Source: Candidatus Delongbacteria bacterium
GTDB lineage: Bacteria; CAIWAD01
Reading direction: 5' to 3'
Length of the DNA: 64,000 nucleotides
Assembly (NCBI GenBank): GCA_963663545.1
Contig: OY760505.1
Location: forward strand, 1,280,001-1,344,000
The stretch's first letter is position 1; each line of letters starts with the position of its first letter. Below are positions 38,353-48,582 of this stretch, piece by piece. A model generated the notes under the pieces. It worked only from the letters and a program-made list of their open reading frames with translations, was not told the DNA's origin and did not search any database. The position numbers and the translations under genes are program-made.

Positions 38353-39297
38353 TCAGCTCATCAAAAGACGTTGCCCCAACCGGATGTGATCCAGAACCTC
38401 TCCGCCGAGCAGGAAGCGGTGGACGAGCCCGGCGGGAAAAGCCTCCAGCACGGGGTTGTGACACAAGGCAGGATACTCGCGCCACAGCTCTTCGCCCGCG
38501 TGGACTTCAGCACTTACGGTTGCTGTGCGCCGAGCGTCGACCAGCTTGTCTTGCGTTGCGAGAATCCATACGGGCACGCCCAGACTGGCAGCTACACGTA
38601 CCAAGCCTGCGCTGCCCGTTTTGTTAATGATCCAATAGTCGGCGGGTGAATAGGTGCTTTTAACCAGCCCTTGCTCCGGAAGGCTGTGATACACACTTAG
38701 CTCCTGCGGCAACGTAATGGCGTCGCACCCGAGGAGAATAGCATCACAATCCGACATGACACAGGTGGCCGCCGCATCGCTGATCAGACGCACACTTCGG
38801 TTCTGTGCCTGCAGAGCCAGAGCCAAATCTCGCCCTTCACGCAACGGACGTGACTCGCAGACCAGAAACTCACAGTCCGCAGGAAGCGCACGGAGCAGTA
38901 CGTTTTCGACAGTAGAAGAACGCGACAAAAGCATCACGCGACGCATCAGGCGAAAAGCCACAAGCCCCGTATCACACATTTCCTCAAGCTCGCGCAAACG
39001 CTCTGCCCGCTCTTGTTCCAGTACTTGATCAAGAGCAATATCCTGCCGCTCGCTGATGGCACTCTCCAATGCCTCCAACAGGCGACGACTGCTGTTGTAG
39101 AGAGGTGCCATTGCCGGTCGACAGTCTGCGACTTCATGCAGCGCCCTCTGCAACAACAGCCTGCGCTCGTTTTCACTTGTATCACGATTTCGCTCGATCA
39201 GCGCAACAATCATCGGGGCCAGTTGCGCTGACAGTTGTGCAGCTCCGCTGCTGTGATCTTCACTCAATTCCTGCAAGTGACGACGAAACTCATCCAT
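38353..39297 (-). CDS. eIF-2B alpha/beta/delta-family (sugar-phosphate isomerase-like) protein
   Basis: SGA, RPAMA, SSTV, ESRPLREG, ISDAA, GCDAI, INKTGS motifs. Confidence 0.8.
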   Translation of the reverse strand: MDEFRRHLQELSEDHSSGAAQLSAQLAPMIVALIERNRDTSENERRLLLQRALHEVADCRPAMAPLYNSSRRLLEALESAISERQDIALDQVLEQERAERLRELEEMCDTGLVAFRLMRRVMLLSRSSTVENVLLRALPADCEFLVCESRPLREGRDLALALQAQNRSVRLISDAAATCVMSDCDAILLGCDAITLPQELSVYHSLPEQGLVKSTYSPADYWIINKTGSAGLVRVAASLGVPVWILATQDKLVDARRTATVSAEVHAGEELWREYPALCHNPVLEAFPAGLVHRFLLGGEVLDHIRLGQRLLMS

Positions 39298-40099
39298 GCT
39301 TCTGCTCCAACTCTGTGCTACGCAATAGTCCATCCGGTCCGAGCAATAGTCTGCCCGTAACCCAGGTAATCAAATAGGCCGAAAGTGCGACTCCGGCCAG
39401 GATCGCGAGCATGATCATGCCTTGATACGCGATGGCGGTAACAGGATTGCTGCCGCCAAGGATCTGACCTGTCATCATGCCGGGAATATGCACCAGGCCC
39501 ATGGTGGCGGTTGAATTCACCGTCGGTAGCATGGCAGCCTTGGCCGCTTGTCGTCTGAAAGGCATCAGGGCTTGAGCCCGGGTTGCCCCCAATGAGAGCC
39601 ATGTTTCGTACTCCAGTCTTCCGCTGTTGCTGGTAAGCGAACTGTGGAGCCTTTCCAGCGCAATCGTGGATCCATTCATGGCATTGCCCAGAATCATACC
39701 ACCCAATGTGATCAGATAACGCGCATCAAACCAGGGCTCCGGGCGTATCACAAGAATCAGGCACCACAAAACGACGCTTCCCAGTGCAGCCGCTAGAACA
39801 ACGAGTACCATCGGTGCCAAACCGGGAAGGCGTACTCCCGCGCGTTGCAGCAGCGACTGTGCGGCAGATCCAAGCATTACCAACAACCAGATTGCGGTCA
39901 GGTACCAATGGTTGGCAGCCAGCAGGTACTCCAGCAGAAGGCCCAGCAGAAAGAGCTGTAGCACCATGCGGCCCACAGACACCAGCAATTGGCCATGTAG
40001 GCGAAGTCGCAGCAATTGGCTGACCATCAGGGGAACAAAGGCCAGCATCAACGCCAGCACCATTCCCAATGTGTCCAGTTGGATCACGCCCTCATACAT
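39290..40099 (-). CDS. UPF0014/FetB(YbbM)-like ABC permease
   Basis: RMVLQL, GGMILGNAM, LGAT, GLVHIPGMMTGQILGG..P..A..YQ. Confidence 0.9.
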   Translation of the reverse strand: MYEGVIQLDTLGMVLALMLAFVPLMVSQLLRLRLHGQLLVSVGRMVLQLFLLGLLLEYLLAANHWYLTAIWLLVMLGSAAQSLLQRAGVRLPGLAPMVLVVLAAALGSVVLWCLILVIRPEPWFDARYLITLGGMILGNAMNGSTIALERLHSSLTSNSGRLEYETWLSLGATRAQALMPFRRQAAKAAMLPTVNSTATMGLVHIPGMMTGQILGGSNPVTAIAYQGMIMLAILAGVALSAYLITWVTGRLLLGPDGLLRSTELEQKHG

Positions 40100-40775
40100 G
40101 GTTGGCCTCCATCCGAAGTTCACTATTGGTCAAATGCCAGTGCCCTTCAACTTCGTCACACCACCGTGGGCTATGTGATACAGACACAACGCGAGGGCCA
40201 TCACTCGATTTCAGCACCAAACCAACGAGCGCTTTACCGGCAGCATTGTCCAGACCGGCGTCGGGCTCATCCAGCAGCAAGACCTCAGGTTTATTCAATA
40301 GCGCCCTGAGAATGGACAGTCGCATTTTCTCGCCGCCAGAAAGGCTACCCGGGTTCTTCTGCAGTAGCTCAGGCTTCAACAACAAAGCATCAAGGTGCGG
40401 AAGCAACTCATCGTGTGACACGGCTACAAGCCCTGCTAAAATCCGAGGTAGATTCAATCCTTCCAACACTGTGTCACCGGGAAAGAGAGGCTCTTGTGAT
40501 ACAAACATTACACGACGTCTGTATTCGTGGGCTAACGGACCCGGGAGTTCCTCACCACGATAGCGCAGGCTTCCGCTATCTGGTACACGCAAGGCAGCCA
40601 ATAACCGCAGCAGTGTGCTCTTTCCTCCCCCGGAGTCACCCTGTATCACATGATGTCTGGAGGCGTCGAATGAAAAGCTAAGGCCATTGAAAAGGGGCCT
40701 TCCACCCAAGCTCAACGACAGCTCGTGTGCGCTGAATAGTGCATTGACGTCTGACAAATCGGCTCCCGCTAACAT
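40092..40775 (-). CDS. ABC transporter ATP-binding protein (FetA-like)
   Basis: GDSGGGKST, LSGGE, LLLDEP, SH. Confidence 0.9.
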   Translation of the reverse strand: MLAGADLSDVNALFSAHELSLSLGGRPLFNGLSFSFDASRHHVIQGDSGGGKSTLLRLLAALRVPDSGSLRYRGEELPGPLAHEYRRRVMFVSQEPLFPGDTVLEGLNLPRILAGLVAVSHDELLPHLDALLLKPELLQKNPGSLSGGEKMRLSILRALLNKPEVLLLDEPDAGLDNAAGKALVGLVLKSSDGPRVVSVSHSPRWCDEVEGHWHLTNSELRMEANHV

Positions 40776-40846
40776 GATCCTAATTCATGGAAACACCATA
40801 ATTTACAACATTAATACTGAGGCATGACCGACCACTGGAGGTAAGC

Positions 40847-41542
40847 ATGAACCGCCTGAGCATTCTGGTTGTTGAGGATGAACCGGACATTCGCGACCTG
40901 ATCGGCTATTTGCTCGAAAAGGAAGGCTACAAGGTGTCCACCGCCGCTGACGGCGCCATCGCACTGCAAAAACTGGCCAAGGAAGAATTCGACCTGCTGT
41001 TGCTGGACCTGATGTTGCCGCAGGTGGACGGCCTGGAAATCTGCCGCACGATGAAGGGTGATCGCAAAACCAGTGAAATGCCCATCATCATGCTGACGGC
41101 AAAGGGCGAAGAAGGCGACGTTGTCACAGGCTTCAACCTGGGCGCCGATGACTACATCGTAAAGCCCTTCAGTCCACGGGTGCTGTGTGCGCGCATCAAA
41201 GCTGTGTTACGACGCCGTAGCAACGGCTCACAGCAAGCAACCGGTGATACACTGACTCGCGGCGAGTTGGAGATTCGACGAGGCCACCGCGAAGTTCGTG
41301 TCAAGGGTGAACAGATCCAATTGACCTTCACTGAATTCCAGATCCTCGATCTGCTGGCGGGTCGCCCGGGATGGGTGTTCACGCGCTACCAGATCGTGGA
41401 CTCGGTTCGCGGCGAGGATTACCCGGTCACAGAGCGTGCCATCGATGTGCACATCGTTGGTCTGCGTAAAAAGCTTGGTGAGTGCGCCAGCTACATCGAG
41501 ACTGTCCGCGGCGTCGGATATCGCTTCAAAGAAGATGTGTAG
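40847..41542 (+). CDS. OmpR/PhoB-family response regulator
   Basis: VEDE, LDLMLP, MLTAK, GADDYIVKPF, RAIDVHI, IETVRGVGY. Confidence 0.93.
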   Translation: MNRLSILVVEDEPDIRDLIGYLLEKEGYKVSTAADGAIALQKLAKEEFDLLLLDLMLPQVDGLEICRTMKGDRKTSEMPIIMLTAKGEEGDVVTGFNLGADDYIVKPFSPRVLCARIKAVLRRRSNGSQQATGDTLTRGELEIRRGHREVRVKGEQIQLTFTEFQILDLLAGRPGWVFTRYQIVDSVRGEDYPVTERAIDVHIVGLRKKLGECASYIETVRGVGYRFKEDV

Positions 41543-41574
41543 CGATTTCCATTCCACATGTTTTTCGCATAACC

Positions 41575-41599
41575 AAAGCCCTTCTTCGTGAAGGGCTTT
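41575..41599. terminator. bidirectional terminator
   Basis: AAAGCCCTTC..GAAGGGCTTT. Confidence 0.75.
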
Positions 41600-41700
41600 C
41601 TGTTTTCGCGTGACACAAGCTGATCCATCGTGTCACAAAAACGAGAAGGCCCCGCGCAATGGCGGAGCCCACCCGGTCGAGAACTGTGGATGGAAAGCAA

Positions 41701-43032
41701 TTAGTTGCTGACGTTGGTCGTCCAGCTGGCAGCCCAGTTTGTGCTGCCAAAGGCGCCGATGTAAGTAGCGCTGGCATCAAAGAAGCCGTCGCTCGGCGGA
41801 GTGGCACCGGTCTGGGAATTGGTCGGTACCAGATTCGGACTAGTGACATCAGTGCTCATCAGGCCAGGGTTCACATCAAAGTGATTGTGCGTGTTCATGG
41901 TCTGCACAAAGTCTGCAGTGGTAAAGGGCATGTCGGCATCGTCGTCGGCCACCAATGCAGTGTTGCTGTAGAAGATGCAGTTGTCGACGACCAGATTGCC
42001 ATTCAGTGCGCTACCATCCCAGGCGTTCATGAAAGTCGCTTCGTGGTCCACATCAATGGCGGCCTCACCCATGTTGGTGATGATCGCATTTTGTATCACG
42101 GCTCCGGTACCTTCACGCAGTAGCATACCAATGTCCGACATCCCCGTCGTGCTCTGGGCGGCGCCCAGAATGGTCACGTTGTACAGGGTCGGGAAACTGC
42201 GCGGAGTCGCGTCGTTGTCCTCGGCGTTGTTGTCCGCCTCAATACCCTGGTCACCTGCGTCCGGATGCTGAAGCAGCGCAACAAACTGCGCTTTGCCCTG
42301 CCAGCCATCGGTCCAGTCAAAACAGTCGTCGGCGCAACCGCTGATCAGCACGTGCTTGACGCACACGGTGCCGCCAAAGAACTCGACGCCATCATCCTTG
42401 CCCTTGTGTACCTGAATGTAATCCACTGTAGTGCCGTCGCCGACTCCCTGGAAGGCGATGCCGTTCAGCTCGTTGTCCGGGCTGATTTCACGGCCCGCGA
42501 ACTCAACGCGCACGTACTTCAGGACGCCGCTGTTGTCGTGGGGCAGTGCACCGCCATAGCTTCCCGTTCCACCTTCACCGTAGGCCTCCTCGCCGGAGTT
42601 CAACGGAGCTTGTCCGTTGATGATCAGACCACCCCAGTCACTGCGAGTGCGGGAACCGACGGCCTTGTCGCTGGTGAAGACGATCGGTGCGCTGGCAGTG
42701 CCCTCGGCCATGATCTTTGATCCACGATTGATCACCAGCATGCCATTAGTGGAAGACTCGCCGTAGATCACGGTGCCGGGCTCAATGGTGAGCACAGCCG
42801 GGACACTCATGTCGGGGCTGCCAATGAAAACGCCACCGCGCAGCAGATATTCGTTATCTGCAGTCAGGGTCATGTTATCAACATACGTGCCCTGCAAGAC
42901 CACGACCTCGTCGTTGCTTCCTGTAGTGTTGTTGTTGTCATCATCGTCGTCGCTGCAACCCGCCAGACCGATTGTCAATCCGAGGACTGTGCCGGCCAAC
43001 AAGAAACGCAGGAACCAATCAGACTTCTTCAT
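41701..43032 (-). CDS. beta-helix lipoprotein, TonB-receptor associated
   Basis: Lipobox LAGC + acidic linker; LTIEPGT, WGGL, DNSG.L.YVRVEFAG, DDGVEFFGGTV. Confidence 0.85.
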   Translation of the reverse strand: MKKSDWFLRFLLAGTVLGLTIGLAGCSDDDDDNNNTTGSNDEVVVLQGTYVDNMTLTADNEYLLRGGVFIGSPDMSVPAVLTIEPGTVIYGESSTNGMLVINRGSKIMAEGTASAPIVFTSDKAVGSRTRSDWGGLIINGQAPLNSGEEAYGEGGTGSYGGALPHDNSGVLKYVRVEFAGREISPDNELNGIAFQGVGDGTTVDYIQVHKGKDDGVEFFGGTVCVKHVLISGCADDCFDWTDGWQGKAQFVALLQHPDAGDQGIEADNNAEDNDATPRSFPTLYNVTILGAAQSTTGMSDIGMLLREGTGAVIQNAIITNMGEAAIDVDHEATFMNAWDGSALNGNLVVDNCIFYSNTALVADDDADMPFTTADFVQTMNTHNHFDVNPGLMSTDVTSPNLVPTNSQTGATPPSDGFFDASATYIGAFGSTNWAASWTTNVSN

Positions 43033-43107
43033 CGCTTCTTCTTTCCTTTCCTATCCGCTTCATCACACATGTATCACGCCGTGTGACGCGGTTATTGTGA
43101 CCTTGTG

Positions 43108-45903
43108 TTACAGTTTGTAAGAGCAGCCGATACTCCACGTGACCCCCTCGCGATAGCTCTCAGTAGCTCGTCCGCCCTGTTCATAGCGATGCTCCGGGTT
43201 GAGCACATTCCCCACACCCAACTTCATGCTGAGCTTTTCGCCAAAGGGCTGACGCATGCTGACATCCAGCTGGGGCGCAGGCATTTCGTAGACATCCGGC
43301 AGCGGCTTCGCACCAACTTCGGCGATGCGTTTGCCAAAGGTGTGGAAGAACACATCCACCTGAGTGCCCAGCGTCGAACTCACGTACGACAGATTCACGT
43401 TGAAGAGGTAGGGTGATTGCCCCGCCAAGGGTCGCTTGCTCGAGGTCTGGATGTTCTTGGTGGAATCGCTCAGCGCGATCTCGCTATGCAGGAGCGATAG
43501 ATTGGTGTTCAGGGAGAAAGGCATCAACAGGCGATCCAGCCCTAGCCCCAGCGGAAGATTGCCCAGATGCTGACGCCATTCCAACTCGACGCCGTAGTTA
43601 TAGGCTTCGTCCGCATTCTCGTAGCTCACCCGGTTCTGCGCAGTCGGTTGGATCACGGTTTCGATGGGTTTGATGAACTGCTTCACAAAGACACTGGCCG
43701 ACATCAGATCGCCTGCGGCAAAGCGCCTTTCCGCGCGAAGGTCGGCGTGGCGAATCAGGGCGCGTTCGAGCTCTGGATTTCCAATAACTGCATGACCGCC
43801 AATGATGTCCGTGTATTCGAACTCGCTCATTTCGCGAAAGTCAGGGCGTGATACAGTCTGGCTGATAGCGAGACGCAGATTTGTATCACGGTTGACCTGG
43901 TACGTTAGATTAAGGGCGGGAAGCAGGTCTCCATTCGCGATTTCTGAACTAACCGGCGTGGAAGTAGCGGTGAAGAGCTCGTAGGATTTCACCAGCTGCC
44001 TGGAATACTCATAACGCACACCAACATTACAGCGCAGTCTCTGCCCCAGACCAAAATCAGTCATCGCATAGCCCGCGTAGAGATCCTGATCGGCTTCGTA
44101 GCTGTCCGTTGGGCGCGTTGCCTCACGTACTAGGAAGCCCTCATTGTCGATGTTCTCATCTACAAAAATGCTGTTGGGGGACTGCGTCAAGTCTATTGAG
44201 CTGCCGTCGCGGATCTCGAACTGAAAGAAGCGCGACTCCGCATCTCGACGACGAATCAGTCCGGCAGCTCCTGTCTTGAGGCTGAAGTCGGCGTCTTCAC
44301 TAATGCGAAGAGTCAGATCCAAACTGCCGTTGAAGGAATTGTCGCTCAGATTGTTGTAGATGCGAGATCCGGACTGTGTCTCATCGGCGAAGTAGTAGGT
44401 GCCGTCTTCATCTTCCTGGTATTGATACTCGCGCGTATCCGGCTCGTAGCGTGTTCCGTGCGAACCCGATACCATCCAGTCGATGTTGCTGTGATGCACT
44501 GCCGGCAACACATGATGGCCGGATACCTGACCACTGGCCACTGAGTTGGCAACAAAGCGAAGTCGTGTATCACGAATGTTCGCCTGACGATCTCCGTTGA
44601 AGCCCTCGAAGAAGCGAGTTTCATTCTGCGCATCACGGTTGTAAAAAACATTGGCGCGATAGTTCGACCAGGCGTCGTTTTCCCAGGTGAAGGCCAGAAG
44701 CCCACCCAACACAGCTTCCTGGGTGTAGGAACGAAAATCGTAGTGATGCTGCAGCTCAATGGCGCTGTTGTAGCCACCCTTGTATACGTTGCGCTCTGTA
44801 GCACGAAAGCGCTCTTTGTACTTGTAAAGCCCGGTGGCCAGCACATTGACCTCTTGGCCAAATGCGGAAAAGACACTGCCACAGGAAAGGTTCGCGTTCA
44901 CATCCGGGCTGGCCGTTCCGGATTCAGGCTCCCAGTTGTTGTCAAAGGACTCGCTGATCACTTCGAGCTCGTCGGCAGTGTATCCTATTGTGGAAAACTG
45001 GCCGCGCTCGACGATGTTGGTCGTCGCCCCCTCGACAGCGTCAGGCAGGCTGCGTGTTCCATCGTCGAATCCCAGGAAATCAAAAGCTCCGCCACTATAG
45101 CCATAATCGCCGCCGAAGGTTACACCACTCTGCCCCCCCGTTGCCATGCTGAAGGACAGTCGAGGTTTGTTTCCCAGATCCCAGGTGTTCATGTTCACGC
45201 GACCGCCGCCAAACTCACCGCCCTGATCCGCCGAGTAGGCTTTGCTAACCGTCAACTGGCTCATCAGCGAGGCGGGAAACAGCTCCAGTGATACACTGCT
45301 GCGATTCGGTTCTGTCCCCGATACGGCCGCATTGTTCAGTGTAACCTTGCTGTAGCGGACGCCCATGCCGCGTATCACGGGATCGCCCTCGGTGATCGCC
45401 ACACCGGCGGTTCGTCTCACGGCTCCGGAGACGTCAGCGTCCGGCATACGGGCAAGTTCTTCGCCACCAACGGCCTCAATGATGACCGATGAGCGCATGC
45501 GATCGTCCAGACTGGCTTCGGCGCTTCCCTTTGGCGCATTGGCGCGTATCACAACTTCTTCAAGCGCAATGGAGCTGGCCTGTAACACAAGTCGAACTGC
45601 GAGCTCGGCATTTCGGTCCGTGATTCGCAGATCGCGCGCACCTGGAGAGTCGTAGCCGACCATGGTCGCAGTGAGTTTGTAATCGCCTTCAGGCAAATTC
45701 ATCACGATGTAACGACCGTCCAGATCCGTAGCGGAGCCAAACGAACGGCTTCCGGCTAAAGGTGTGAGAAGCACGTTAGCCCCCATCAAGGGCTGGCCTT
45801 CCTGATCCACAACGCTTCCGGAAATGGTTGCTGCCTGCAGGGTGGCGGCAGTCAGCATAAACAGCAGAATCGTCCAAACACAGCAGAGCTTGTAGCGCTT
45901 CAT
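43108..45903 (-). CDS. TonB-dependent receptor with N-terminal carboxypeptidase-regulatory-like domain
   Basis: Signal peptide; TDLDGRY; plug (IRG..RYS, LELFP, GEFGGG); SRPDFRE, GNPEL; C-terminal YKL. Confidence 0.92.
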   Translation of the reverse strand: MKRYKLCCVWTILLFMLTAATLQAATISGSVVDQEGQPLMGANVLLTPLAGSRSFGSATDLDGRYIVMNLPEGDYKLTATMVGYDSPGARDLRITDRNAELAVRLVLQASSIALEEVVIRANAPKGSAEASLDDRMRSSVIIEAVGGEELARMPDADVSGAVRRTAGVAITEGDPVIRGMGVRYSKVTLNNAAVSGTEPNRSSVSLELFPASLMSQLTVSKAYSADQGGEFGGGRVNMNTWDLGNKPRLSFSMATGGQSGVTFGGDYGYSGGAFDFLGFDDGTRSLPDAVEGATTNIVERGQFSTIGYTADELEVISESFDNNWEPESGTASPDVNANLSCGSVFSAFGQEVNVLATGLYKYKERFRATERNVYKGGYNSAIELQHHYDFRSYTQEAVLGGLLAFTWENDAWSNYRANVFYNRDAQNETRFFEGFNGDRQANIRDTRLRFVANSVASGQVSGHHVLPAVHHSNIDWMVSGSHGTRYEPDTREYQYQEDEDGTYYFADETQSGSRIYNNLSDNSFNGSLDLTLRISEDADFSLKTGAAGLIRRRDAESRFFQFEIRDGSSIDLTQSPNSIFVDENIDNEGFLVREATRPTDSYEADQDLYAGYAMTDFGLGQRLRCNVGVRYEYSRQLVKSYELFTATSTPVSSEIANGDLLPALNLTYQVNRDTNLRLAISQTVSRPDFREMSEFEYTDIIGGHAVIGNPELERALIRHADLRAERRFAAGDLMSASVFVKQFIKPIETVIQPTAQNRVSYENADEAYNYGVELEWRQHLGNLPLGLGLDRLLMPFSLNTNLSLLHSEIALSDSTKNIQTSSKRPLAGQSPYLFNVNLSYVSSTLGTQVDVFFHTFGKRIAEVGAKPLPDVYEMPAPQLDVSMRQPFGEKLSMKLGVGNVLNPEHRYEQGGRATESYREGVTWSIGCSYKL

Positions 45904-46034
45904 TTCGACCTCGCATTCCACAGTTCCTGGCAACTCCGGGTTGACGGCCCGGACGCGCTCAAGGTGCGGGGAGGTCGTGAGGCTGTGGTTAACTGAACAT
46001 TAGAGTTGCGCTAAACCGTGCTCACTTGAAAATA

Positions 46035-46058
46035 AAACGGGCACCCGAAGGTGCCCGC
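46035..46058 (-). terminator. intrinsic terminator
   Basis: CGGGCACC-CGAA-GGTGCCCG with U-tract on the minus strand. Confidence 0.75.
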
Positions 46059-46086
46059 TGAAAGCCGTCTAATACGACTCGGACGG

Positions 46087-47799
46087 TTAGCGAACCAGCA
46101 GCAGCTTCTGGCAAGCTGTCTGATTGCCGCTCTCCAGTACCGCAAGATAGACGCCCGAGGCAACACCAGTGGCCTGCCAGGTCACCTGGTGCGAACCGGC
46201 GGTCAAATGACCCTGGCTCAGAGTCTCGACAAGCTGACCCTGGACATTGTAGATGGCCAAGTTGGCATCGCCCGACATGGGCAGATGGAAGTTCAGCGTC
46301 GTGCTCGGGTTGAAGGGGTTGGGATAGCTAGCCAGTTCAAGGCCACCGGGAACCAGCGTGCGAGTCTCGACGCCCGTGCCGTCCTCTACATCAATGGTGA
46401 AGCACCAGTTGCCCTCGGCACCAGCAGAAGCAGCCGTACGCCACTCAATCTCGTCACCGGAGGTGATGACATTGTTGTCATTGAAAGCGTAATCAGTATC
46501 AATGTCCATGTACAGATAATTTCCGGGGCCCTTGGTGAAACCAACAGCAAAGGCTTCAGTGATGTACACGGCAGGATCGAGCTCCAAGGTCAGCCACGCA
46601 CTCTCGAGTGCATCGAAGGTCGTTGAGAACACTTCGTTGTCGGGATCGGGCATGCCGTTCTCGTCGAGGTACCAGATGCTGAAATCAATGTCGGCTTCGG
46701 CCTCGCTGAATACCATGTAAACAGCAGAGACGGCCAGCGGATAGGCACCGGGATCAAAAGTGGAAGCTGCACCCCAATCGGTAGTGGTGAAGCCGAGGGC
46801 GGTCTCAAGCTGATCGTCCATCCAGGTCAGCGTAGCGGGCAGACCAATGAGCACATCAGAAGCATCAGAAATGCCCATGTTGGCATCGTCGGAATTATCT
46901 GTGGCCATGATGTAGAAACTCAACACAACGCCATTGGAGAGAACATCCGCAGGAATCTGAGCCGTGTAAAGGTTATCACCTTCAGGCATCATGTTGATCG
47001 TGGTTTCGCTACCAAAGTTGACAGAGTATACTAGATCAGCGCTGGCAACACCGCTAACATCGGTGATGGTCGCCGCCACATTGACGGGCAGAGTGGGATC
47101 AAGGTGGAAACGAACAGGAACCGTTGCAATTACCGGCGGCACAGTATCGCTGGCAGAACCATAGATCAGCACATCATCAATACCGGCGCCGAAGGACCAG
47201 TTGCCCTCGTCATAATAATGGAAGCCGACTTCCAGCGAGGTGGCGTCGACATAATCGCTGAGGTCCACCGTCAAGTCTTCCCAGGCGCCTGTTCCGTCGC
47301 CATCGCCAAACTCGACCAGGGCTACCCAGTCGCCACCATCGGCACGAACGCAGATGTCCAGATAGTCATCCCAGTCGGAGGGATTGGTCGCGTTGGTCGC
47401 AAAGAGAATCGCGCAATCCATGAACATGAACAGAGCACCATTGGGCGCAAAAGATGGCGAGATCAGCCAAGTGTCGAACTCAGCACCATCACCGGCAAAA
47501 TCCGAATTGCAGTAGGCGAAATCGGTGTGATCGTCGAACTCGAAATAGGTGGAAGAACCGGCGTCGTCGGCGTCGCCAACTTCCCACTCATAGGAGTTGA
47601 TGGCTTCGACGGTCCAAGTACCAAGACCGGACTCGAAATCCTGCACCACAAAATCCTCATCGACATTGTGCTGCGGGCGAGGTGCCTTGTTTGAGGGAGC
47701 AATTTCCATGCGATCAGCCATCGGCATCTTCGCGGCCTGTGCGGTCGCCGCCAGGCAAAGGCCCAGCATGAAGAAACGGTTGAAACTTGATTTCATCAC
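46087..47799 (-). CDS. secreted adhesin-like protein with T9SS-type C-terminal domain
   Basis: Signal peptide; 'QDFESG..WLISP..IDDV' cleaved-adhesin/MAM-like region; YPNPFNP..ASGVY. Confidence 0.82.
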   Translation of the reverse strand: MMKSSFNRFFMLGLCLAATAQAAKMPMADRMEIAPSNKAPRPQHNVDEDFVVQDFESGLGTWTVEAINSYEWEVGDADDAGSSTYFEFDDHTDFAYCNSDFAGDGAEFDTWLISPSFAPNGALFMFMDCAILFATNATNPSDWDDYLDICVRADGGDWVALVEFGDGDGTGAWEDLTVDLSDYVDATSLEVGFHYYDEGNWSFGAGIDDVLIYGSASDTVPPVIATVPVRFHLDPTLPVNVAATITDVSGVASADLVYSVNFGSETTINMMPEGDNLYTAQIPADVLSNGVVLSFYIMATDNSDDANMGISDASDVLIGLPATLTWMDDQLETALGFTTTDWGAASTFDPGAYPLAVSAVYMVFSEAEADIDFSIWYLDENGMPDPDNEVFSTTFDALESAWLTLELDPAVYITEAFAVGFTKGPGNYLYMDIDTDYAFNDNNVITSGDEIEWRTAASAGAEGNWCFTIDVEDGTGVETRTLVPGGLELASYPNPFNPSTTLNFHLPMSGDANLAIYNVQGQLVETLSQGHLTAGSHQVTWQATGVASGVYLAVLESGNQTACQKLLLVR

Positions 47800-48049
47800 G
47801 AACTCCGTATCTGATAAAGTGTTCTCAAAATGACAGCCCCCTACGACGAGGGATGCGTCAACTGGTTTCGTAGAAAGTTAAAATACCTAATGCAGGACAA
47901 ACCACGAGACCAAGCGGATTTCAATGCAAAAGCCGTACCGGGAACCCGCAGCAGGCATAGCGGTTTTTATTAGCTTCCTATCAGGAGGTAATACTACCTT
48001 CAAGAGTTATGGCGAGCCAAACTATCCACGCCAACATGTAGGATCTGCT

Positions 48050-48496
48050 ATGTCCCAGCAAAACCCCGAGCCTCTGGACCTGAGCCCAAGTCAGGAAATG
48101 TATCTCAAAACCATTTACCTGCTTTGCCAGGAGCAAAAGGTGGCACGCGTCAAAGACATCGCTGCACAACTGAATGTAACGATGTCTTCAGTAAACGGTG
48201 CCATTAAAGGTCTGGTTGCCAGGAATTACTGCGTGCACACACGCTACGGATACGTCGATCTGACAACCGAAGGTGAAGAGTTGGCGAAAACAGTCATTGG
48301 CCGCTTTGAAGTTATCGTTGGCTTTCTGCACGAATTCCTGGGCGTAGACGAGGACACGGCCAGCCACGATGCTTGCGAAATGGAACATATCGTCTCGCCA
48401 ATGACCCTCGATCGCATCGTCAAACTGCAGAAGCTGATTGAAGAGCGCAGCGAAGGCAAGGAATTCCGTCGTCTTTTCCGCTCAACTGTCGACTAA
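48050..48496 (+). CDS. DtxR/MntR-family metal-dependent repressor
   Basis: EMYLKTIY, ARVKDIA, LTTEG, ACEMEH. Confidence 0.9.
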   Translation: MSQQNPEPLDLSPSQEMYLKTIYLLCQEQKVARVKDIAAQLNVTMSSVNGAIKGLVARNYCVHTRYGYVDLTTEGEELAKTVIGRFEVIVGFLHEFLGVDEDTASHDACEMEHIVSPMTLDRIVKLQKLIEERSEGKEFRRLFRSTVD

Positions 48497-48582
48497 AGTC
48501 TGCTAAGAAAGCACAACACTCGCCACGGCTTGTCAGAAATACGAGGCGAGTGTCTGCATTTTCAGCGAGGTGCGGCCAAGGC

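Noticed and set aside
40784..40816. Pho box upstream of the response regulator
   Set aside because: Repeats are too degenerate and spacing is inconsistent (11-12 bp)
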